The notes: generated by a model from the letters alone, not told the origin. DNA of 64,000 nt from a bacterium (GCA_020854115.1 JADZGC010000011.1:5057-69056); one strand, 5' to 3'; positions 1-9,587 are shown, counted from the first letter of the stretch. Made by a program: numbers and translations.

Positions 1-30
1 CGCCTGCGAGACATAACCTTCCCGAGCATT

Positions 31-576
31 GTGCGAATCATGACCTATTTTGTCATTGCTGTTGCGATGTTGGTAGCGACAAACTGGAAGAATATAATAA
101 ATGCAATTAATCAGAATGTAGTTGATAGTCAGCCGTTTTTGCAGTCTCTGCCAAATTACATTTCTGCCTATACAGACAATCAAATTGTGTCGTGGCTAAC
201 GATTGTGCTGTTTTGGGGTACGATTGGGCTTGCGGCATATACAGTTTTTTGGCTTGGCATGGCATTTTTCACCGCCGCTCGCAACGAACTCATCGTGGAG
301 ACAGCTTTTTCTAATCGAGGACATTTTTGGGAAAAAATACGGGTGCCACTTATTAAGCTCGTGATGCTCATCGCAACTGCGGTAGCGATTATCTTGACGA
401 TGCGCTACGGCATACCGGTATGGAATGATCTTTTTGCCTCTGGCTTATACCATATAGGCTCTGGATCAATGATTGCATTCGTACAATTCGCTATTGCGAT
501 ATTTGGTGCAATGGCCAACTCACATCTTATTATCACGACGGTACTCATATTTCGTCATGCAGACGGCATTTTATAA
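31..576 (+). CDS. hypothetical multi-pass membrane protein (start may lie upstream of the window)
   Basis: 181-aa ORF with about 4 hydrophobic segments; no recognised motif. Confidence 0.6.
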   Translation: MRIMTYFVIAVAMLVATNWKNIINAINQNVVDSQPFLQSLPNYISAYTDNQIVSWLTIVLFWGTIGLAAYTVFWLGMAFFTAARNELIVETAFSNRGHFWEKIRVPLIKLVMLIATAVAIILTMRYGIPVWNDLFASGLYHIGSGSMIAFVQFAIAIFGAMANSHLIITTVLIFRHADGIL

Positions 577-602
577 GTTTACTCAGCCGATAAGAGACTA
601 GT

Positions 603-746
603 CTAGGTACCTCGAACTACGGTGGCCAGCGCTACGAGGATTGCGGCAAAAACCAGAAGTACGAGGATGAATAGGGCGAAGCTGCATCCAGGTGCTTTCA
701 CATTACTCGCGGTGTCGAGCGGTTTATTTGAGTAGATGAATGTCAT
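603..746 (-). CDS. small single-TM protein downstream of lexA (47 aa, not in ORF track)
   Basis: MTFIYSNKPLDTASNVKAPGCSFALFILVLLVFAAILVALATVVRGT*; ATG 11 nt after the lexA stop, same strand. Confidence 0.5.
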   Translation of the reverse strand: MTFIYSNKPLDTASNVKAPGCSFALFILVLLVFAAILVALATVVRGT

Positions 747-757
747 CTTGGGTGAGA

Positions 758-1384
758 TTAATACTTGCGGATTAGGCCGATCACAACACCCTGAATCTGC
801 AATCCCATATCTGGCGTAACATAAATTGGCTCCATAGCATCGTTTGCTGGCTGCAAGCGTACGCGTCCAGCTTCTTTGTAATAGCGTTTGAGCGTTGCTT
901 CCTGTCCATCGATCAGGGCGACAACTACTTCACCGTTTGATGGGATTTCTTTTTCTTGAACTACAACGTAATCACCGGAGTGAATGCCATCATTAATCAT
1001 CGAATTGCCTTTGACCTGCAGGACGTAGCTACTGCGCTTGCCAACCATAACTGGTGGGACTTCGAGAGTCTCTGGGTGACCGGAAATAGTCTCGATCGGG
1101 CTTCCGGCCGCAATCAAACCCATGATCGGGAGACGGACAGCTTTTTCGTCAAAGACGGCGGATTCAACTTCGCTGACTGGCATGAGCGAGCGAGCAGAGT
1201 TGTTGCCCTTAGTGAGGAGCCCTTTTGCTACCAGGGAATCGATGTGCTGTGCTACGGTGGCGACAGAATTGAGCTTCAAGCCATTGGCAATTTCGCGATA
1301 GCTTGGGGAATATCCGTGCTGCTCAATGAATGATGAAACGTAATCAAGTGTACGCTTTTGCTTCTTTGTCAGTGGCTTCTTCAT
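758..1384 (-). CDS. lexA: SOS repressor LexA
   Basis: N-terminal wHTH (GYSPSYREIA), Ala-Gly cleavage site (IAAG), S24 catalytic Ser (GNSM) and Lys (ATLKR). Confidence 0.97.
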   Translation of the reverse strand: MKKPLTKKQKRTLDYVSSFIEQHGYSPSYREIANGLKLNSVATVAQHIDSLVAKGLLTKGNNSARSLMPVSEVESAVFDEKAVRLPIMGLIAAGSPIETISGHPETLEVPPVMVGKRSSYVLQVKGNSMINDGIHSGDYVVVQEKEIPSNGEVVVALIDGQEATLKRYYKEAGRVRLQPANDAMEPIYVTPDMGLQIQGVVIGLIRKY

Positions 1385-1412
1385 AATTAGATTGCACCCT
1401 CCAAAAAATTAT

Positions 1413-1446
1413 GTTCGCCTTTTATAATATCGAACGCGAAGCGAAC
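1413..1446. promoter_or_regulatory. putative LexA operator: CGAAC-N6-CGAAC (GAAC-N7-GAAC) plus an extra GTTCG half-site
   Basis: CGAACgcgaagCGAAC at 1431-1446 and GTTCG at 1413-1417 in the lexA upstream region; LexA is usually autoregulated. Confidence 0.5.
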
Positions 1447-1496
1447 AGTCAAGCTTGTTTTTGTAGTTTCTTTGGGCGTAGGATAGGGTAAGATCT

Positions 1497-2636
1497 ATGA
1501 ATATGAAGTTTCTAATGAAGGTTAGTGGCTTTATTGCTGCCGCATTCATACTCTCGCTGCTGGTCTTTCGTGTTGCGCGAGCTGATGATTCTTATGTATT
1601 AGCAAAAGACCAAGTTCATGATGGTGTGCTTGCCAAATCTGCCGAACGAATAACTATCGAAGGTACCGTCAATGGAGATCTTTGGGTGGCAGCTAGTCAG
1701 ATAGATATCACTGGTGAAGTACGAGGTAATGTCTATGCTGTCGGCAGTCGAGTGATCATACGGGGCAATGTAATGGGTAGTGTGCATGCCCTCGGATCAG
1801 AAGTGCGACTCGATCGAAGCATTGCCGGTAGCGTCTATGCTGCAGGTAGTTTGGTCGCTACTGAGGAAGGAGTACAGATAGGGAGGACGACTGGACTAGC
1901 CGGAAGTGATGTGATGATTCATGGTAAGCTAGCCGGACAGCTATTTGCCGGAGCGTCACGAATGGAGCTTCGCGGGCAGATCGGTAGTGGTGCTCGCTTG
2001 GCGGCGAGTGAAGTGGTGCTCAGTAATTCGGCGACAGTTGGCGATGACTTACGGTATACGTCCCGGCTTGATGCGGTGATCCCTAACGACAAGGCCATCA
2101 GCGGAAAGGTTATCCGCGAAATGCCACCCGAAGATCAGCGCACAGAAAATTGGAGTCAGCGTGTAGTAGACTCCTTGATAGGATTGATTATGAGCGTGGT
2201 GACGGCTGTGGCTGTGCTTGCGCTGTGGGGCGATACCCTGGTCGAACGGGCGCAGCTCTTTCGTCAGTTACCAATTCGAACTTTCGGTCGCGGTGTGTTC
2301 TTTACTATCTTAGTGCCTGTGGTGTGTCTGCTGGTTATGATCACGCTGATCGGATTACCTCTAGGGATTATCCTGGGCTTGCTATACGCTGTTGTGCTCA
2401 TGGTTGCGCCGACTGCAGCCGGTCTCGTAGTAGGATTACAGCTAATTCAGCCGCCGCATGAGAGCAGTAGGCAGCCGGCCTATGGGGCGAAGCTGCAGGC
2501 TACCGTATTGGGGCTTCTCATTATCTCGATAGTTGGGTTTGTGCCATTGCTCGGGCCGGTCTTTACGTTGTTTGTCTATCTGGTGGGAGTTGGGGTTATT
2601 ATTGCTACGTACCCTGTTCAGGGTAGTAAAGCATAA
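1497..2636 (+). CDS. membrane protein with N-terminal bactofilin/polymer-forming beta-helix repeats
   Basis: signal peptide, repeated 'I.G.V.G.vyaaG..v' units, C-terminal multi-TM region. Confidence 0.8.
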   Translation: MNMKFLMKVSGFIAAAFILSLLVFRVARADDSYVLAKDQVHDGVLAKSAERITIEGTVNGDLWVAASQIDITGEVRGNVYAVGSRVIIRGNVMGSVHALGSEVRLDRSIAGSVYAAGSLVATEEGVQIGRTTGLAGSDVMIHGKLAGQLFAGASRMELRGQIGSGARLAASEVVLSNSATVGDDLRYTSRLDAVIPNDKAISGKVIREMPPEDQRTENWSQRVVDSLIGLIMSVVTAVAVLALWGDTLVERAQLFRQLPIRTFGRGVFFTILVPVVCLLVMITLIGLPLGIILGLLYAVVLMVAPTAAGLVVGLQLIQPPHESSRQPAYGAKLQATVLGLLIISIVGFVPLLGPVFTLFVYLVGVGVIIATYPVQGSKA

Positions 2637-2686
2637 GTTTTTATCTGTTCATATCTGGAAGCACACAAAAACTTGCCTCACAGGTG

Positions 2687-2715
2687 TTGACAGGTTCGCG
2701 CTCCTGACCTAACCT
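2687..2715 (+). promoter_or_regulatory. sigma70-type promoter
   Basis: TTGACA-N17-TAACCT upstream of AAGGAG and ATG 2749. Confidence 0.55.
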
Positions 2716-2748
2716 GGAGACATAGTAACTAAAGGAGTGAGAATAGAT

Positions 2749-2955
2749 ATGGCACATTATCAGCACACTAACTCAAAAGGTCAGACCTACATCCTGCACC
2801 AGCGCGACGTAACCCTCAAGGGTGGCCGCCAGCAGCGCATTTACTTCTTCGCTCGCGAAGCTAAGGACGGTGCTATTGACGCATTGCCAGAGGGCTACAT
2901 GGTTGTAGAAAACACTCGCACCGGCCTTCCGATTCTCAAGAAATCTGACAAGTAA
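2749..2955 (+). CDS. small conserved hypothetical protein (68 aa)
   Basis: own promoter, AAGGAG SD and terminator; globular-looking sequence (HTNSKGQTYILH...IYFFA...LPEGY.VVEN.RTGLPILKK). Confidence 0.75.
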   Translation: MAHYQHTNSKGQTYILHQRDVTLKGGRQQRIYFFAREAKDGAIDALPEGYMVVENTRTGLPILKKSDK

Positions 2956-2974
2956 GCTGATACAGACATACAAT

Positions 2975-3010
2975 TGCAAAGCCCGCTTCAAAAAAGAGCG
3001 GGTTTTTGCA
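2975..3010 (+). terminator. rho-independent terminator
   Basis: tgcaaagcccgct...agcgggtttttgca hairpin after ORF 2749-2955. Confidence 0.7.
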
Positions 3011-3101
3011 TGGCGAACGATCTGGCGCGAGAATTGTATCTTCTGGCTATATCTGAGATACTAAAGTGGTATTAGATGAAATATAAAGGAGAAGGTGAAT
3101 T

Positions 3102-3275
3102 ATGGAAGAAACTACAACCCCGGCAGCACAGCCAGGAGACGTAACTGCTCCAGCAGCTGACGCTCCAGCTCCAGTGGCTCCAGAAGCTCCAGCAACTGAT
3201 CCAGCTCCAGCTGTAGAAGGTGCTCCAGCTGAAGCAGCTCCCGAAGCCCCAGCTGAAGAAGCTCCTGCCGCTTAA
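3102..3275 (+). CDS. small acidic Ala/Pro/Glu-rich disordered protein (57 aa, not in ORF track)
   Basis: AAGGAGAAGGTG SD, ATG 3102, MEETTTPAAQPG...EAPAEEAPAA*, biased GCT/CCA/GAA codons, followed by terminator. Confidence 0.75.
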   Translation: MEETTTPAAQPGDVTAPAADAPAPVAPEAPATDPAPAVEGAPAEAAPEAPAEEAPAA

Positions 3276-3289
3276 GTATTTAAGCGCAG

Positions 3290-3340
3290 TAAAACTAAGA
3301 AACGCGACAAGCATCAGGCCTGTCGCGTTTCTTAGTTTTA
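3290..3340. terminator. 20-bp perfect inverted repeat / bidirectional terminator
   Basis: taaaactaagaaacgcgaca ... tgtcgcgtttcttagtttta. Confidence 0.8.
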
Positions 3341-3476
3341 GATCCATCGAGATAAAAATTTCAGATACAGAACAAGGATGAACAGCATTATTACTCAGTG
3401 ATTTCGGGTGTGTGGTAATGACTACTTTTTGTGCGCGCGCCATATGGTGTGTCATACTTATATCAGTAACGGGGGT

Positions 3477-4376
3477 ATGATGGGCTTTAATCCTAGTGAT
3501 ATACGGATTGTTGTGCACGGAAGTTTCCGTCAGCATTTTGACCAAATTCTCGAGACGATCGAAGTTTTTGAGAGCGCGGGGTTTACTGTGCTTGCACCCG
3601 AAGCTCGAGAGATAATCTCTATGACCGATGGCTTCGCAGTGCTCGATGGTGAACGTGACATGGATCCGCGGCATATCGAAGCACGTTATTTGCAGCACCT
3701 CAAGCGATTGGGGGGTCTAGGGTTTAGCTATTTTGTCGATCCTCGTGGGTATATTGGGCGTACAACATCATTCGAGCTTGGTATCGCACAGCTGATTGGT
3801 GTTCGATGCTTTTTCTTAGAACACCCAGCCGATCATCCTGCATTTTATTCTCATGAGTCTGTCATGGGCCCACACGCTTTGCGAGACTACATCTTCGAGC
3901 ATGAGTCGTTGCCTGCGCCGAACATACAGCCAAATGAGCGGTTTATTCATGCTTTGTGGCAGCGACTTGTGGTGCCAGGCTCAGTTGTGGCTGGCGGTGC
4001 GATCATCCACCACGGGCCTTCTGATGAATATCTTTTCGTGAAAACGCACAAGTGGGGAGGACGTTACTCGATTGTAGGAGAGAAGGTACAGCGTGGAGAG
4101 CGGCTCGATGAGGCGATTCTGCGCGGCATAAAAGAAGAGACGGGATTGCAAGCTAAGCTCGGTCGTCACATTGTGACATTCGATCAAATCAAGCAGTCCG
4201 GATTTCACAAGGCTGGCGTAAATCATATCTTTGCCGACTATATAGTCGAGGTGAACTCGCAGCGGGTAGTGCTAGATGATGAGGCCGAGGACTATGTCTG
4301 GGCGCGACGCGAGGATGCGCTGAGTTCGCTTGATCTTGAGCCAAATGCCAAGCATACATTACTTCTTGCTGAATAA
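3477..4376 (+). CDS. nucleoside 2-deoxyribosyltransferase-like domain fused to NUDIX hydrolase
   Basis: N-terminal Rossmann-like 'IVVHGSF...VLAP...GYIGRTTSFELGIA'; C-terminal variant Nudix box (GEKVQRGERLDEAILRGIKEETGL). Confidence 0.75.
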   Translation: MMGFNPSDIRIVVHGSFRQHFDQILETIEVFESAGFTVLAPEAREIISMTDGFAVLDGERDMDPRHIEARYLQHLKRLGGLGFSYFVDPRGYIGRTTSFELGIAQLIGVRCFFLEHPADHPAFYSHESVMGPHALRDYIFEHESLPAPNIQPNERFIHALWQRLVVPGSVVAGGAIIHHGPSDEYLFVKTHKWGGRYSIVGEKVQRGERLDEAILRGIKEETGLQAKLGRHIVTFDQIKQSGFHKAGVNHIFADYIVEVNSQRVVLDDEAEDYVWARREDALSSLDLEPNAKHTLLLAE

Positions 4377-4378
4377 AA

Positions 4379-4454
4379 TGGTGGGCCCGGTTGGGTTCGA
4401 ACCAACGACCAATCGGTTATGAGCCGACTGCTCTAACCCCTGAGCTACGGGCCC
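4379..4454 (-). tRNA. tRNA-Ile2 (CAT, lysidine-modified)
   Basis: GGGCCCGTAGCTCAG...GTCGG CTCATAA CCGAT...GGTTCGAACCCAACCGGGCCCACCA; GGGCCC acceptor typical of Ile2; tilS in window. Confidence 0.88.
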
Positions 4455-4670
4455 TGATATAAAAAATCCATTCGGTACAAAAATGTTCGTAGCTCAATAA
4501 TAAGGGTTAGGGCAGGAATTTATAAGTCCATCTTGCGGCGAACAACCCCTTAAACCACGAGCCTGCATAAAACGAACCTACTTTATTATAGATCAAAATC
4601 GATTTTGTATCCCGCTTATACCGCCATAACACTAGTCATAATTTATCAAACACGCGTATACTAATTTGGT

Positions 4671-5423
4671 ATGGCACTCATCTCAGTAAAAGATATCAAA
4701 AAATCATATGGTGACCTCGAAGCCGTCAAGGGCGTGAATTTTCAGGTTAAAAAAGGGGAAGTTTTTGGTATCTTAGGCCCGAATGGTGCAGGCAAGACGA
4801 CGACACTCGAAATGATGGAAGGCCTTCGACCGATTACGAGCGGCACGATCATAATTAATGGTGTCGATGTCGCCGAGAAGCCGTATGATGTCAAAGAAAT
4901 GATTGGTGTGCAGCTCCAGAGCTCAGCGTTCTTTGACAAGCTGAGCCTTGTCGAGGTGTTGCATCTCTTCTCAAATCTCTACGCCCAGAATAAAGACCCG
5001 AAGGTCTTACTCGAAGAAGTGGGTCTTTCAGAAAAAGCCAAAAGCTTTGTCAAGGAGCTCTCGGGTGGTCAGAAGCAACGATTCTCGATCGCGGCAGCAT
5101 TGGTGAATGATCCAGTAGTACTCTTTCTGGACGAACCGACGACCGGCCTTGACCCACAAGCAAGACGCAACCTTTGGGAGCTCGTCAAGCAAGTTCAGGA
5201 ATCGGGCAAGACCGTCATTATTACGACGCACTATATGGACGAGGCAGAGGAGCTGTGTGATCGCATCGCGATTATGGACGAAGGTAAAATCATTGCACTG
5301 GATACGCCCAAGAATCTCATTAAGTCACTTTTGAAGCGCGGCTTCAAGCCTCGTAAGGAAGTTGTGGCTGCAAATCTCGAAGACGTATTTATTGATCTCA
5401 CTGGTAAGGATTTAAGGGACTAG
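4671..5423 (+). CDS. ABC-2 type exporter ATP-binding protein
   Basis: GPNGAGKT, LSGGQ, LDEPT, THYM motifs. Confidence 0.95.
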   Translation: MALISVKDIKKSYGDLEAVKGVNFQVKKGEVFGILGPNGAGKTTTLEMMEGLRPITSGTIIINGVDVAEKPYDVKEMIGVQLQSSAFFDKLSLVEVLHLFSNLYAQNKDPKVLLEEVGLSEKAKSFVKELSGGQKQRFSIAAALVNDPVVLFLDEPTTGLDPQARRNLWELVKQVQESGKTVIITTHYMDEAEELCDRIAIMDEGKIIALDTPKNLIKSLLKRGFKPRKEVVAANLEDVFIDLTGKDLRD

Positions 5424-5424
5424 C

Positions 5425-6537
5425 ATGCAAAAGGTCTCCCGAGCCTTCACGCGTCTGCGCGCCCTAACGATAGCGAGTATCAAGATGTACGTTCGCAACG
5501 TGACGGGACTCTTCTTCACGCTATTCATTCCTGTGGTGCTAATTGCTGTCTTTGGATTTCTCTTTAAGAACAATAATTTCAAAACCGATATTGCACTGAC
5601 AAACTATAGTGATACTGAGGTGTCCAAGCAGTTCGTCGATAGTCTCAAAAAAGTCGAGGCGTTTCGTATTGAAGAGACTGATGAGGCATCGGCCGCCGAC
5701 AAGTTAGGCCGAGGCAAAATAGATTTACAAATTATTGTCCCAGAGAGCTTCGGACAGCCGGATCCGACTACCAAGAGTCTCAAGCCAGTATCGGTGCAGA
5801 CATACTACAATGAATCAAATCCGCGCAATGGACAGACTACCAATCTTATCGTCGGTCAAATCGTTTCTAGCTTTAACGCTGGAATCACCAAGGCGCCGCA
5901 AGTGTATACCGTACGGGCAGAAGGCGTTAAGACAAATAATCTTGGGCAAATTGATTTCTTTTTGCCGGGCGTGATTGCGATGTCAATTATGCAGCTTGGT
6001 ATCTTCTCGGTCGCATTTGTCTTCGTGACTTACAAGACAGCAGGACAGCTGCGACGCATCCAGGCTACTCCAACGCATCCGGTGTATTTCGTAATCGCAC
6101 AGGCAATTACTCGGGAGCTGGTTGCGGTGGCGCAGGTGGGTCTCCTGTTGGGCTTAGGTATCTGGGCATTTCAAGCCAAGATGATCGGCAGCATTGTTGA
6201 TTTTATGCTTATGGCAGCGCTTGGAGCGGCAGTGTTTCTTGCTTTTGGGTTCGCTATAGCCGGTTGGGCGCGAGATGAAAACCAAGCAACGCCACTCGCG
6301 CAGCTGATTCAATTCCCAATGCTCTTCCTCTCTGGCGTATTCTTCCCGCGTGACGGTTTGCCAGAGTGGCTACTTAAGGTCACCGACTATTTGCCACTAA
6401 CATACCTCGTCGATGGTTTACGCAAGATTGCCACCGAAGGTGCGACGCTACTTACCGTCGGACATGATGTGATTGGACTATTGGTTTGGGGAGTAGTGGT
6501 GTTCGCGATATCGGTCTTTATATTTCGTTGGGAGTAA
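5425..6537 (+). CDS. ABC-2 type exporter permease
   Basis: N-terminal TM, extracellular domain, C-terminal TMs with FLSGVFFP...LPEWL. Confidence 0.9.
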   Translation: MQKVSRAFTRLRALTIASIKMYVRNVTGLFFTLFIPVVLIAVFGFLFKNNNFKTDIALTNYSDTEVSKQFVDSLKKVEAFRIEETDEASAADKLGRGKIDLQIIVPESFGQPDPTTKSLKPVSVQTYYNESNPRNGQTTNLIVGQIVSSFNAGITKAPQVYTVRAEGVKTNNLGQIDFFLPGVIAMSIMQLGIFSVAFVFVTYKTAGQLRRIQATPTHPVYFVIAQAITRELVAVAQVGLLLGLGIWAFQAKMIGSIVDFMLMAALGAAVFLAFGFAIAGWARDENQATPLAQLIQFPMLFLSGVFFPRDGLPEWLLKVTDYLPLTYLVDGLRKIATEGATLLTVGHDVIGLLVWGVVVFAISVFIFRWE

Positions 6538-6540
6538 CAC

Positions 6541-8193
6541 ATGCGAAAGAGAAAGATCGGTCTTTGGTTGGGTATCATTGGTGGGTTGCTGGCTTTCAGT
6601 GCACTATCAGCTCCGCCGGTCGAGGCAAATGCTGGGGAGTCAATTCAGAGTTATCAAACCAATATAACCGTCAGGAGTGACGGTTCGGCCCTGATCGAAG
6701 AAACCTTGAACTATGATTTTGGCAGTGAAGATCGGCATGGAATCATTCGAGCAATTCCGCTATCCGCCAAGCTACCAAATGGTAAATACTTTAATTACGA
6801 ATTCAAGACCGAATCTGTGCAGCGCGATGGCATGACAGAACCATTCACCGAGAAAAAACAAGGCACCTATAATGAGATCAAGATTGGGAGTGCAAATAAA
6901 ACCATTGCTGGCGCCCATCGATATGTGATCATCTATACTGCGTCACGTGTTATGCAGAAGGATGAGGCTGGCGATTATTTCAACTGGGATGTGATTGGTA
7001 CTTCCTGGCCAGTCCCGATTCGTAGTTCTCGTGCCATCATTACATTTCCAGATGAGGCGCCAGTCTTGGACTCGATGCGCTGTTATGCCGGCGCGCAGGG
7101 GAGTACAGATATGGGTGGTTGCGAACTGACGAAATCCGGGCAGACCATTACGGCGTCGATCGGAGCACTGAGTGCCAATGAGGGCGCGACGGTAAATATT
7201 CTGACTGAAGCAAATAGTTTTCAGCAGTATCTCGAGGAGTCAGATGCCCCGAAAGGTGAGTCGCTCACCGACGCTGGATTACCGGGTATACTTGCAATAT
7301 TCATCTTTACGATCTTGCCATTTCTGGCTGTGCCATTGATCTTTGTGGTCATAGCTGTGGTGTATTTGCGTAATCGAGTGCAAACAAAACAACGCCAAAA
7401 ACAACAAACCGTCATCGCTCAATATGAGGCGCCTGACAACCTGACGCCAGCACAACTCGGACTCCTTCAAGATAGTGTAGCTGGCATGACCGAAATAACC
7501 GCGACCCTTATTGACCTTGCGGTACGAGGATTCATCAAGATTACAAATGTCACGAAAGGTAGCTTCATCAAGACTATTGATTACCAGTTTGATCTCTTGA
7601 AGTCTACGAGCGATAAAGAACTACAGGGGTACGAACAGCAGCTTCTCTTGGCAATGTTTGGTGGTCATAAGCAGATTAATCTTCGCAAGATAGATCGCAT
7701 GTCTATGTCGACTGCCGTTGCGGCGATTGCTAAGCAGCTGAAGCAGGAGCTACAACAACGCGGATACTTCGCGCAAAAACTCAAGTGGCTGAATGATCCG
7801 GACAATGTGACGCCAGATGGATATAAGGCGTGGGCGCGAGTTGAGGGCTTCAAGCTATTCTTGAGCGTGACGGAAAGAGATCGATTGAAGTTTACGGACG
7901 CACCAGCAAAGAACCCCGAACAATTTAGTAGGCTCCTACCATATGCGATAGCGCTTGGAGTCGAGAAAGAATGGGCGGCACAATTTGCTGGTATGGATGT
8001 AGCGCAGAATCTTAGTTGGTACAGTGATCCATCGAGCACGAGATTCAATAGCGTACTGCTCGTGAATAATCTGAGTGGCAGTTTCTCCACAGCTGTTTCG
8101 AGTGGGTTTTCTTCACCTAGCTCAAGTGGCGGCTCAAGTGGCGGTGGCTTCTCTGGTGGCGGTGGTGGCGGTGGCGGTGGCGGAAGCTGGTAG
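6541..8193 (+). CDS. DUF2207 family membrane protein
   Basis: HGIIRAIP, FNWDVIG, LPYAIALGV motifs and Gly-rich ...GGGSW C-terminus. Confidence 0.9.
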   Translation: MRKRKIGLWLGIIGGLLAFSALSAPPVEANAGESIQSYQTNITVRSDGSALIEETLNYDFGSEDRHGIIRAIPLSAKLPNGKYFNYEFKTESVQRDGMTEPFTEKKQGTYNEIKIGSANKTIAGAHRYVIIYTASRVMQKDEAGDYFNWDVIGTSWPVPIRSSRAIITFPDEAPVLDSMRCYAGAQGSTDMGGCELTKSGQTITASIGALSANEGATVNILTEANSFQQYLEESDAPKGESLTDAGLPGILAIFIFTILPFLAVPLIFVVIAVVYLRNRVQTKQRQKQQTVIAQYEAPDNLTPAQLGLLQDSVAGMTEITATLIDLAVRGFIKITNVTKGSFIKTIDYQFDLLKSTSDKELQGYEQQLLLAMFGGHKQINLRKIDRMSMSTAVAAIAKQLKQELQQRGYFAQKLKWLNDPDNVTPDGYKAWARVEGFKLFLSVTERDRLKFTDAPAKNPEQFSRLLPYAIALGVEKEWAAQFAGMDVAQNLSWYSDPSSTRFNSVLLVNNLSGSFSTAVSSGFSSPSSSGGSSGGGFSGGGGGGGGGGSW

Positions 8194-8297
8194 CTGATAA
8201 AACGCTGGCGACCCGGGGTATACTGCTTATGCTTGTCCGGACAAACTGTGTAGAATACAGCTATGCACGTAAATCAATATAGGGTTGCCGGCTCGCA

Positions 8298-9035
8298 ATG
8301 GCGCAAGTAAACTCTTCGCAAAGTCAGACAAGCGGTGATTCGCGCTTGGATACGTTGCACGTCACGCTCGATATTGTAGATGAGCAGGTGATCGATGAGC
8401 CGACTGCCTCAGAAAAAATTGCATTCTTTCTGAGTTTTCTACCGCTTGTGGGATACGTTGGAGCGGCGATGGCTGCATTTGCAGTGCGCAATCATCATCG
8501 TGCAGGCACGAAGACACATGGCCTGACCTATGCTGCACTCGCTCTGCAAGTCTTTTATACGCTTCTTATGCTTACAGGTCTGGTGGTGAGTATGCAAATC
8601 CAGCAGTCTAGTCTTGCGCCAACGAAGCCAGCTGAAGCAACTGCACAGAGCTTCATAACTACAGTTCAAGCGAGTAACTTCACTGCGGCAAGGGCGTATT
8701 TTGCAAACCAAGTCAGTAATGCGCCTGAAGTCACATTGCCTATGTATCGGGCAGCCATGACGGGCACACCCTTGCTTGTAGAGAGTCGTATGATCGAGAA
8801 ACCGACTTTTCAAGACCAATCATTCAGTGCGTATACAGACATGCCATTGAGCTATCAGCTTTGGCATATTGGTACGATAGAGACTAATTCTCAGTATCTG
8901 ATAATAATCTTGTCGGAAGTTGCGCGTGATGATTGGCGGATCATCCAGGTGCAGAGTCTCGAGGCACCTGGTGACTCGAGTGCTAAGTCCGCAATCGATC
9001 AGGTGGTTGGTGCATTGCTGGCACCTGCTACGTAG
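8298..9035 (+). CDS. hypothetical membrane protein
   Basis: two TM segments followed by a soluble domain. Confidence 0.65.
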   Translation: MAQVNSSQSQTSGDSRLDTLHVTLDIVDEQVIDEPTASEKIAFFLSFLPLVGYVGAAMAAFAVRNHHRAGTKTHGLTYAALALQVFYTLLMLTGLVVSMQIQQSSLAPTKPAEATAQSFITTVQASNFTAARAYFANQVSNAPEVTLPMYRAAMTGTPLLVESRMIEKPTFQDQSFSAYTDMPLSYQLWHIGTIETNSQYLIIILSEVARDDWRIIQVQSLEAPGDSSAKSAIDQVVGALLAPAT

Positions 9036-9058
9036 CTCAAGCGTGATACAATCTAGTC

Positions 9059-9460
9059 GTGCAGCCGAGTATGAAACATCGGATTTTTGATTATACGCGC
9101 TTAGCCTTTTGGGTAGGGCTGATTGCGACTATGTATGTGTGTGTGGCACTGATTGATATAAGTGCACGTAATACTACTCTGCGCGAACGAGCTGATCAGC
9201 TCGAAGAGGATACGGTGAGGCTAGAGACTGAGATCGAGATCTTGCAGGCGCAAATTACATACTTCAAGACAGATGAGTTTCAGGAGCGATTAGTGCGCGA
9301 GAAGCTCGGTTTACAAGCTCCAGGCGAGCAGGTTGTGATTGTTGGTCGAGGCGACAGCGAACTTGGCGCAGAAGCGAATAGGAAGAATGAAACGGCACTT
9401 CTGCCGGAGACATCGCACGTGGATGAATGGATGACATTTTTGTTTGGCGAAGCTGAGTAG
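9059..9460 (+). CDS. septum formation initiator (FtsB/DivIC family)
   Basis: TM + coiled coil + ERLVREKLGLQAPGEQV. Confidence 0.8.
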   Translation: MQPSMKHRIFDYTRLAFWVGLIATMYVCVALIDISARNTTLRERADQLEEDTVRLETEIEILQAQITYFKTDEFQERLVREKLGLQAPGEQVVIVGRGDSELGAEANRKNETALLPETSHVDEWMTFLFGEAE

Positions 9461-9511
9461 CTTTCGATTTCTTGACCATTTCTCTATAACAGGATAGAAT
9501 ATACGTTGCGC

Positions 9512-9587
9512 CGCGGGGTGGAGCAGTTGGCAGCTCGTCAGGCTCATAACCTGAAGGTCGCTGGTTCGAGTCCAGCCCCCGCTACCA
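9512..9587 (+). tRNA. initiator tRNA-fMet (CAT)
   Basis: CGCGGGGTGGAGCAG...TCAGG CTCATAA CCTGA...CCCCGCTACCA; C1 unpaired. Confidence 0.93.

Noticed and set aside
3072-3698. 208-aa minus-strand ORF with Trp/Ser repeats
   Set aside because: Shadow of the acidic microprotein and the NDT-NUDIX gene; crosses a terminator.
8125-8190. GGT/GGC low-complexity repeat
   Set aside because: Normal Gly-rich C-terminus of DUF2207 proteins.
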